NCBI GenBank assembly: GCA_964035545.1
Contig: OZ037771.1
Location: 2,429,628 to 2,493,627, forward strand
From: Bugula neritina
Taxonomy: Eukaryota; Animalia; Bryozoa
Length of the DNA stretch: 64,000 bases
Direction: 5' to 3'
Under the pieces are notes generated by a model that saw only the letters and a program-made list of their open reading frames with translations, was not told where the DNA came from and made no database searches. Below are positions 53,901 to 64,000 of this stretch, piece by piece (position 1 is the stretch's first letter; every line of letters starts with the position of its first letter). A program made the position numbers and the translations under genes.

Positions 53901-56900
53901 TACTCATAATCAACAGATATTATTAATAATCAATAGATATGACTCATAATCAATAGATATGACTCATAATCAATAAATACCGGACTAGGACTTTCAGGCG
54001 GCTCCACTGGTTTAAACTTCTTCAACACGGAGAACAATTCATTCTGTTTTCCATCATCACCTCTGTAACAAATTTGGAAACACATAAATCACTGGAGTAG
54101 ATCAGCTTCCAGCGAAGTTAGTAAAATGACTCTAAAATCTAAAGATTAGACGACTCCACGATACATGAAAAATGGCTCCCAGTCCATATCTAATCGCTCA
54201 GATTGAATTAAATTTTCCCAAGAAGACACCATGAGCAAAAATATCAAGTGTATTTATTTATTTAAAGTAATACAAGGCTAAATAAGGGAGTGGAGCGGAC
54301 AAATTGAGAGGGGAAACAATTCAGATTACACTAGAAGACTAGATTGCATTATCAATATTAAAGTAAGTCACTAACTCTGGCCACCATTATGACAATGTAA
54401 GACAAGTTGACATTTAAAAGCTTAGATATACGAGAGGTGGGGAGACAGTTTCCACGTAACACCAAAGTATGTATTATGACTCAAGTGAAACGGATGTTAT
54501 AAGTGATATAGAGCTTGGCACTCACCCCTGAGGTCGAGGGGTTGCATGGGGGTTGGTTGTTACACTCCTGGTAACTGGTCTGAGAGGCTTGGTAGGGGGC
54601 TCTTGGGAAGTTGTATCCGATCTTTTCTACAACATAGAAAACCCACATATTACTAGTCAATATTACTAGTAACTAATAGTAGTGAATATTATTAGTTAGT
54701 AATCTCTATTACAAGTAATTAGTTATTAGTAGTAATAGTTACTAGCAACTACTACTAGAAGCTAGCCAGTGCTACTAGTAACTAGTTACTACAGTAGTTA
54801 CTAGTAACTAGTATCAGCAGTTATTGACATGAATTGGAGGCAGCATACCAGTGCTGTCGGGCTGCTAAATGTCCGCCCACTATCGGTTCTGCGCACAGAC
54901 ACCGCATTGTGAACAGCAGAGTCGGTGTTGCGTAACTTCACTGCGGGAGTTGTCTCTCCATCTAGGAATGAGTGGGCAATTTCTAGAGTTTTCTTCTCGG
55001 CCACACTGGGCTAAAATAAGTATCACAATGAGTTACTAGACTAAAGTGTGTTAGAGTACATCACTGTATGTTATAGTGCAATATTTTGTATACACAGAAT
55101 ATTTGAATATCAAGAGTACCATTTGAACTGGTGCTGCTATGACTCGTCTCGACTTAGCCCTATGTTTAGGTCGCACGCTACGCTTGTGCATCGCTGCTGA
55201 GTTAGAGAGGTTTGTGGTACGTGCCACAGCGTCGAGGTCTAGAGCATCCTCAGGTTCTGAGTCTAAGAATATAAATAGGATGTTGGTATGTAACCTCCGC
55301 CAGGTGCAATAGCTACTGGCTGGTGATGTCAGATGGGCAGAGAAAGGTAAACTGGACACAAGAAAATGAGAAGTAATAGAAGCAGAAGGAGAGCAAATAG
55401 AGTTAGCTTAGAAAAGGGTAGATGGAGAGTAAAGGAAGTATAGGGGAAGCATAGATGGTGGTTGGAAGAAGGAAAGAGAGGGTAGAGGGTAAGACGAAGG
55501 CAGGGAGTACTAAGGAAAAAGCAAACAATGCTACAAAAATGAATTAAATTAAAATAAAAAAGATCAAATGGCTGTTCATATACTTTAGTTGTTTCAACAC
55601 GACCATCATCGCCTGCTAAGTGGAAAAACTGAAAAAGCATCCCAAATAAACACACATAGCAAAAAGTGCAAAAGATTGGAATATAATCCTTTAACTAACT
55701 TATTCTTCATATGAAGTGATTTGCATAAAAACAGACTTACATGCAAATAGCAAATATTTCAGCTAGTTCTACTCTTAGCGTGGCATGAGAGAAAACCTGT
55801 TTAGACCTGCCACACACAATGCGTCCTGTGGCCCTACTCTTAGCTCTTGGAGAATGTTTCAAGGAAGTTTTAAACTCCCATGCATTTCACAGAATAAAAA
55901 TAATGTTAGCACACACTACTGGGCTAACTACTGATCTGTGTTAATGCCTTACAGTAATTTGATTATATACATGTACAAGCAAATGTACATCTACATGTAT
56001 AAGTAGCTGTACGTGTAGATGTAGATGTACGTGTAGATGTAGATGTACGTGTACATTACTGGGTACATACCAGATGAGAGTGTGCCCCGTTGTGGTCTAC
56101 GTATGGCCGACGTCTGAGCCCCTTTCCACGGACCAGTGAAGAAAGCATCCTGAGGGAAACAACATTATGTCAACACGTAATACAAAGATAGTGATGAGTT
56201 GAACAGCTTACTAGTTGAGAGTTGTCCTCCTATATACATTGATTATGGCCATGACTCACACAGCACATGATGTCCTATGTTTAGAGCTGTGTGAACTGTT
56301 TGGGAAGGGGTAGCACAGCACCATGCCAGGGCCGTAGCCAGATGAGGGGTTTGGGGCTATTTTGTTATATTTCAGAAACAGCGCTGACGTGGATGAAGTT
56401 TAAACAACTCACCTCGTCGTTCTCAGAGCTGCCAATACTCAGCAGACTCCCGTCGCTGTCCCTGTCAGCTTTGTACGACTCTTGGCCCTGGGAAATACAC
56501 AACACGCAGGTAAAACAATACATACATTACCTGGGAAATACACAGCACGCAGGTAAAACAATACATACATTATAGCGTGTTTAATACATACAAACTAAAG
56601 AATGCGCAAAAGAACTAAGCAGCGCTGAAAGAGTGTAAGTCTCAAGTGTAAGTGTATATAAGAGGAGGTAAGTACATCGAAGAGTGAGTATTGCACAGAT
56701 CATAAGAGTAGATCCATCATCTAAGACAGGCACTTGTCGAGATAAATGAGGGAAGTCGGGAAACATGCTGCACATTAGCATATAATAGATTTGTGATACA
56801 GTGTCTATGCTATAAATAGGGCTACGCTATGCATATGTCTATGCGATTTATATGTCTAAGCTATTTACAGATTTATGTACCACACAGCCGGTCAACTTTA

Positions 56901-59900
56901 TAAGATGGCTATTTAACCATTCACAGACACAAAAGATTTTTCAAACCAGGCATAATAAAGTAATAACAAAACGTAAAACAAGGATGCATAACTCCCACAA
57001 CTAGAGAATTAATAATGGATTAACTTATAAGGTTAAAGACTAGTAACAAGAGCAGACAAGCCCCACATACCGAAGCAGCGAGGCAGCATACCGGAAGTAG
57101 ATATTGTCATTGAGCAGTACCTACCTTTCTGCTGCTGGTAATCTACATGTACATACAATGAGTATGTAAGTGGCAGAAATACACCAGCAAACAATACTCT
57201 GTTACAAAAGATATAAAAAACTACAACCAGCCGGGCAATAGACTTTTCAATACCCTGCAGTAAAATATACTTTCATTTTTTTTATAAAATGTTGTTCAAG
57301 TTTGAAAAACATATTGTTACTAGAGCTTTCCACAGGAATTTCAGCTAGTTTGACATTTCTACAGTTAGTCTAGAAGTAACCTCCCAAAAAGTGCTCAAAA
57401 AATTGGCTTATTACACTTTACTAGGTGGCCACTCAAAAAAAGTTGTTTTTAGATCAAAATTTTGTGCTGATTCTGAATCTACAAACTCTAGAATTCTATC
57501 TCTACCCAAACTCAAGATATTGCAAAAAACAAATCGGCATTTGTGAATTGTGCAAAATAGTATCCAATTTTATCAAGCTATCTTGAAAAAAAAATATTTG
57601 TTAAAATACCAAAAATAATTGCCTCTTACTTAGAATTCTATGCTGATACTGAATTTAAAGACTGCAAGAGGCTATCTCAAATTATAACCAAGTTGTTTAT
57701 ATAAACATATATAGTCTAGAAGTAACCTCCCAAAAAGTGCTCAAAAAATTGGCTTATTACACTTTACTAAATGGCCACTCAAAAAAAGTTGTTTTTAGAT
57801 CAGAATTTTGTGCTGATTCTGAATCTACAAACTTTAAAATTCTATCTCTACCCAAACTCAAGTTATTGCAAAAAACAAATCGACATTTTAGATGGGTGAT
57901 AAAAAGAAATGTGGATTGTGCAAAATAGTATCCAATTTTATCAAGCTATCTTGAAGAAAAAATATTTGCTGAAATACCAAAAATAATTGCCTCTTACTTA
58001 GAATTCTATGCTGATATTGAATTTATAAAGACTGCAAGACACTATCTCAAATTAAAACCAAGTTGTTTATATAAACATATGTGTTTGTTATGAATCGACA
58101 TATATTGCATGAGGCATAAGCATGCAGAATAATCATGTATGACCAAGCTATTTATACAAAAATAAAAACAAAGTCATGCTGATGTGTGAAAAAACTATAT
58201 TTATAAAATTATAGTACAAAATAAATGTTGAAATGAATAAGTATTGAAATCTTTTGAGCTCAGCCCAAGTGAACCATTTGCTATAGTCTGTGGGTAGCCG
58301 TTGAACGTCTGCAAAAATCAACAAGATTTTGTAAAATTATTTAGAGGAACAGAAGCATGAGAGATTATCAAAATCAAATTGGTTGCAGCAAAATATATAA
58401 CAAATGTCTAAAAATAGTGCTTTATTATGAAAAAGTATTCTCGTCACCATTGTCACTGCCATCAGTCTCACCACCTTCTTCCCCAATATAGAGCTTCTTC
58501 TCAGACAATCCTTACATTGACAAACATCAGTATATGCACTGCATTTGAGACTTCTGACATCCACATCTTGATATGTTGCAGCTGGTCTTACAGGAGCAGT
58601 TTAAACTTTGCAATATACATGTTCAGGTACGGAAGCTTGAATCTTTTTATAATGTTCTGGGGTAATGCATCAATATAGGCTGTTGTCACTCTTCTCCAAA
58701 TGGCTGCCTGATAATTTGCTCTTTTTACATGCAAATTTAATTCATCTTTTGTTGGAGGCAAACTCTATTAAGTTATTTTAGACGGTGAACGGAATACAGT
58801 GTATCAGACATTATCTATATATGAATTTCCTGCTCCATAAAGCTTATAGACAAATTGTTTTACTCCAGCCGCTGTAATGGCTTACAGCTTAAAATACTTC
58901 CCAAGGTGTTCAAAGTTTCCCATACATTATGGATATTTTCTCAAAAAAGAGTAGGCTGTGCGCTATCCTTTTCCATAAAAGGCACTATAGTCGAATAAAA
59001 ACCTGTTAAAGCATGAAATCTACCAAGTGCTGCACACAACTGCGGTTTGGATTTATTTGCTGCAATGTTGACATCCAAATATCTATAATATGATTATGGT
59101 TTCCTCCCAGATAGACGCTATTTTTATTTTGTTACCATATATATTAATATTACCTATATAACTGATGAATTGATTGCTAATATGCTAATAGCTATATGTA
59201 GCTAATACATATACTAATACTAATACTAATACTAATATAGTAATACATTAATAATAGACACTATCTTTAATGGATACTTAATAGCAAAATATATTTTCAA
59301 ACAACAGACAAGATGTATAAAATAATATACAAAATTAATAAGTTAATGCAAATCAAAAAAATTTATTTATGTGCTAAATAACAAGCAATTGATCCAAGTT
59401 TATTTAAATATACATATATTTCAATAATATTAAAATAAGTTGCACATGAAAATACATTTTACCAAAATAAATAACTAGCGTCTAAGTAGAAAATTTAGTC
59501 TAGCCTCTATCTGGCATGACACCATGATTACCACACCAGTGAAAAAAAAATATAATTGCTAAGAAGGTAATGTTTTGCAAATAGCGAGACTTAGGATGAA
59601 AGATTGAGATTTGATTATTACACGTGAGATTATGATGTTCATAAGATATTTTGCATGTAACAAAGTCTGTGTATATGCTTCCTCATGATCTAATTGTAAG
59701 CATTTGAGTTGTGCTTTCTTAGGAATTCCACCATGTTTGGTAAAATTGTAGCGAACGCAACTTTTTTTGGTATGCATCAACTATAATAACCATATTGTTC
59801 TCTAAAATATTTTTACTCCATGTTTCACGCAAAAATGCACCAGTCTCAAACTCAGCTTATTTTATTTGCTGATAAGAAATTATTATTTTTGTAACAAATG

Positions 59901-62900
59901 GCACACATGAAAAAAGTACATGCCTATGATTTTTGAATGAGGCAGCCCAAGATCATTTTTCTAATGGGTGGTCTAAACTTAACCATATATATTAAACATT
60001 ATAGGAAAGCTTTAGGGTATTTCTTCTGAGATAAATTGGCTCTATAGTCATTATATCAAGATAGTATAAAAATATGCATTTTAACCAATAGCATTGTTTT
60101 AAAAACCAGATTGCTTATGTATATATAGTTCAGCCTAAATTTATTAGCAAAGCTCAATTGTACACATTTAAAATATTATCTTCCGGAGTCCAGATCAACT
60201 AGCTCATGCTTCTCATTACTTTTTTGTAAAAGTAGTTATTATATAATAAAAACGGTGAAGAAAATCATTATCAGACACAGCTTTACTTATAATTCGCCTT
60301 TTTTATAGCCGTTCAATAATAATGTTTGCCTTATAACCAATAAACCCATTCCTTTGTTTGTTTTCGTCCAAATAATCCACTTTTTTCAGATTTTTTCACA
60401 AGAAAATCACTAGAAATAAACTCAGAGAAGTGAAAAACACATCTATGATTATCTGCAAGAGTTTTTGCTTGTATATATAATAAACTAGCTTCAATAATTT
60501 CAAGGTAATATTTAATAGATTTGGACAAAGTTGTGGGGAAACAACTCCTGTAACATTTAAAAGAGTTTTTGTGATTAACCGGGTGAACAGAAAAATTTAG
60601 AGTTGTTATAAAATAAAAGTGAAAAAAGTATCTATAATTATTAGCAAATTTATTTTGCTTATATAAAATAAATTAGCTTGAATAATTCTAAAATATTTAG
60701 CCGATTCACAAAAACGTTGAGAGAAAACAACTCCTGATTAATTTTAAAAGTTTGAAGCGCTTTTGTGGCTAACTGGGTGCACAGAACAGTCTAGAGTTTT
60801 CACAGATTAATTAGGACCCTTCAAACTTTCTATTTCTAAAAAAATTGCGTGGCCACCCCTCGAAGTGTAATGAGTGAAAGATAATTGGAGGTTACTTCTA
60901 GACTAAGTGTGCTGCTGTTGAAATATAAATCAAAACAGCAGATGTAAATTAGCCATTTCCAAAAACCTGAAAGCTAAAGTGGAATAATTCAAATTGAGAG
61001 TAAGTGATGACAGAATAAAACCACAAGTTAGTATCAGAGTAACTGATTTGCTGACTACCAGAGCAAGGAAAGTATTGGGACAACATGGAGTGTACCCTAT
61101 ACCTGGTTCACGAGGTGCACCGAGTACACCCGGTACCTGATGCACCAGGTACATGCCTAGTGCCCGAACCCACTAAACCAAACTATGCTTCAGGAGTGAA
61201 AGACATAATTGTGACTGAAGAGTGACTGTAAATCCATTTTAACAAGTTCAGTCTGCTACGAAAGAACCATAACAGCAATGTAGTGACAGGGGAAGTATCT
61301 TTGGCTTAGGCACTGGCTTAACCTTGTCTTGCTTTGAAAATCACACATCATTCAAACTATTGAGGAACCTGCAGTCAAACTCATGTGTACCTCTGATATT
61401 TATATCAATAACCATATGGTCATTAATCACGCATGTCATATCTTAAGGGTTAAGTTACAAATATACACCAACAGTTGGTAGGCTACGCCATCACTAGGCA
61501 GTTCTAATTGTAAATAGAAACACCCTAAATTCAATCAAGTAAATCAACAAGTACACAGCAAAGGTGGGCTTGAGATTAAACATACCACTGCAAGCATGAT
61601 TGAACACTGGGCTTACAATTATTAGAGTCTAGATAATTATGAATATATGTAATTTATAACATAAGTATAGCCACGTTTCAGTACAAAATACAACTGTTAT
61701 CAGGTGTAAAGTGTGCAACAGCTATGGCTAATCACGGCCTGACAGAGGCACGCATGCACTTAAACTGATGTGTGATATTGTAGAGTAACTTGCAAAGCTA
61801 CCGGTACTGCTCCAGTTAGACACTAACATGATCAGATACACTGAAATTCTAAAGAAATTGTAGATGGTCATCATCAGCTCAATTAGCAGGCGTAAGTTCT
61901 GTACATGACACTTTTGGCTAGTGCTTGCAGGTAGTCTACTAAGTATGTAGTGGCAAGTGTATGAGTGGCAGGTGATGTGAGAACTAAGTGTTTGCAGGTC
62001 AGGAATGACACCAAAGCATTTGGCCACAGTACCCTGTTATAAAGCAACTGCAACTGCATGTCTACACCAGCTTGTTTGGTGGTGTCACATATAGCCAGAT
62101 TGTACGACACTAGCATAGTGTGTCAGTAGGCACAATGTGATATCAAAGAGCAAGTGCTTGCTAGTAACAAACTGTTACAGAATATAAACTAACCAAGAAA
62201 TGGGGCTGGTTGATCACTTCTGAAGCAGTGGGTGTGCCGATGGGTGAACCAGGCAGGCCATCGTCGTCCAAACTCCGCCTATTTATCAACTTCCTTTCTA
62301 GCTCACTCTAAAGTAGAAGAATGTAGACATCAGCATGGCCCACACCACATCTTACTGCCAAATTAGCATTCATAGTAGTTACCAGTTGGAACAGTTGAGC
62401 TATAATTAATTCTCTAATTTGTATTCAAAGCCATGTTTTTCCCATCACAACTTCAATTAACCATCACACAAGTGTAATTAAACATTGATGTGGTAATAAC
62501 AGTGCATGTCATTGATACCATTGTAGTGCTGAAATATCTACTCACAAGCTGCAAGACATAACTTATTTCACAGACCTTTGTTGATGAGAAACTCCAACAC
62601 TTTGCTATTGTTTCATTAGTAATATTAGCAGTGAAAAACATTTTTGGAGATTTTAACTCAGCCACCAGGAAAAGGTTGGCCATAAAAGTGGGGGTTGAAA
62701 GCTTTGGTGTCTGACTGCAAACTCATACTTTGGATCATAAATAAAAATTCAAAAGAAAACTCCAGAATTACATCAATTTTGTAATTTATGTTATGAAGAC
62801 TTAATAAACAAGAGCTGCCATTACTAATCTGCATAATATTTGGACAAACTCAAAAACATCTATAATTAGCACTTGAGTTATTTTTAAATATGACTTTTAT

Positions 62901-63992
62901 GTAATCTATTATAATATTTTGACCAAATCCTAATGGGTATATCATCCTTGACAACTTTGCCCAGCTTAGCTGTGTGAACTAGTAACAACACATGACTTAG
63001 CTGTGTGAACTAGTAACAACACATGGCCTAGCTGTGTGAACTAGTAACAACTCACCTTGAAGTTGGGGCCGGTGGTGGAGAGAACCTCCATAGAGGCAGA
63101 ACTCTGTCTCATTCCGATGAGCCCTGATTTGGGCAAACTGTGATTGTCTGGGGAGAAAGTGCTGCCGACATCAACCGGCATGCTCTGGCTGCAGGAGAAA
63201 CAGCGACATTCAGCTAAGCTAAGTTCACTAAATGCTGAATTGAAGCTACAAACTAGTGCAGCCAGCAACACTTGAAGTATACGTTTGAATCCACTTTATC
63301 TGATCAGAGCTTTATGATGTTTTATTGAAAGAGATAATACAAACTGGAGTAAGAGTCAAGTAGTACTCGAGCTTATCATCAGCAGCTTGCTCTTACAGCT
63401 ACTCCAGTATTATGCAACCAATACATTCTACATTACAAATCGTAACACTCAAATATTAGGTGCTTCCGGAGATTGCATAAAAAATAATTTTAATTTAATA
63501 TATCATGCTATTTTTAACCACATCTGATTTGATGCTACCTGCAAACATGCAATTAAATGCCACCTGTATGCTATGCATCTACTTTAGAAACTGCAACTAA
63601 CAAACATATATAAGACACACTAATATACAATTACCAATTATCTATAAATTGAAAAGCAAAGTGGAACACTAGTAGGTATTTATGTAACTCTGAAGTTTGT
63701 GCCAAAACCTGATACCTGATTGGTCGATGTGACACAAACCTGCTATGTGATTGGTCGATGTGACACAAACCTGCTATGTGATTGGTCGATGTGATACAAA
63801 CCTGCTATGTGATTGGTCGATGTGGGCTGACTGCTGCAGCTCTCCCTCCCCTGCTGATTCATCCTCAGAAACACCTTCTCTGTTGTCCTGATTCTTCGGC
63901 CGTTTCTTCTTAGTGCTGAGAAATCCTCGAATCCGCCCCAACACAGAAGGACGCTTGCTCTTGATTTTGTTGTTAGTGTTGAGTTCCTCCAT
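50949..63992 (-). CDS. CRACD/KIAA1211-like protein (DUF4592; capping-protein-inhibiting actin regulator family), ~750 aa; may extend 5' beyond the window
   Basis: Minus-strand exons 63992-63802, 63188-63056, 62307-62194, [candidate 57142-57125], 56487-56413, 56149-56071, 55262-55120, 55010-54849, 54626-54526, 54062-53981, 53668-53548, 53194-53040, 52482-51915, 51612-51407, 51065-50949 (TAG); phases consistent. Recalled family motifs: basic N-terminus (RIRGFLSTKKKR), DDDGLPGSP, LSNSAAMHKRSVRPK, PDWAKLAKRK; otherwise Ser/Pro-rich and disordered. Confidence 0.78.
51333..51392. repeat. (CA)n microsatellite
   Basis: Seen directly. Confidence 0.9.
53901..53980 (-). repeat. 20-nt tandem repeat (GACTCATAATCAATAGATAT), 4 copies, abutting the minus-strand donor at 53980
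   Basis: Seen directly. Confidence 0.88.
56488..56573 (-). repeat. 43-nt tandem duplication of a 3' splice-site region
   Basis: 56488-56530 and 56531-56573 are near-identical; both end in CCCAG on the minus strand. Confidence 0.92.
57366..60905 (-). mobile_element. Decayed Academ-type DNA transposon (XPG-like nuclease plus Cys8 remnant) in an intron of the CRACD-like gene
   Basis: TIRs TAGTCTAGAAGTAACCTCC (57366) and GGAGGTTACTTCTAGACTA (60887-60905), with TAG..CTA termini and a 3-bp AGT TSD on both sides. Minus-strand pseudogene at ~58490-59090: LCAALGRFHALTGFYST/SAFYGKG*RTA, QFVYKLYG, LPPTKDELNLHVKRANYQAAIWRR, CSCKTSCNISRCGC..TDVCQCKDC, with stops and frameshifts. Confidence 0.85.
62967..63055 (-). 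repeat. 31-nt tandem repeat, ~3 copies, beginning at the minus-strand donor 63055
   Basis: Plus-strand unit TAGCTGTGTGAACTAGTAACAACACATGAC(T). Confidence 0.88.
63706..63824 (-). repeat. 31-nt tandem repeat, ~4 copies, spanning the minus-strand donor at 63802/63801
   Basis: Plus-strand unit CTGCTATGTGATTGGTCGATGTGACACAAAC, equal to ~23 exonic nt plus GTTTGTGT on the minus strand. Confidence 0.92.
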
Positions 63993-64000
63993 CGAATTGA

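Noticed and set aside
61103-61137. 34-nt minus-strand exon candidate (VPGVLGAPREP)
   Set aside because: Ends in phase 1, incompatible with the downstream phase-0 exon (gives a stop).

Overview
AT-rich, intron-rich animal genomic DNA, probably from an invertebrate (taxon not determinable from sequence alone). I reconstructed five genes by hand from GT-AG boundaries and reading phase. (1) The 3' part of a divergent IP3-receptor/RyR-family channel (+, 219-14385), whose pore loop lacks the GGGxGD filter and which carries five candidate phase-0 micro/mini-exons just after the Ca2+-sensor glutamate. (2) Cystathionine gamma-lyase (+, 20657-27696). (3) CCDC138 (+, 29571-38814). (4) A dachshund homologue with a strongly diverged DD2 (+, 40223-49897). 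(5) A CRACD/KIAA1211-like (DUF4592) gene (-, 50949-63992) with a decayed Academ-type DNA transposon in one intron. The main unexplained pattern is that about a dozen unrelated tandem repeats sit at exon edges in all five genes, and several span the splice junction and multiply the splice site itself. One array has ~90-95 donor copies and another has 13 in-frame acceptor copies. Most short ORFs in the supplied track are exon fragments or repeat artefacts. Family assignments rest on motifs recalled from memory, not on database searches.
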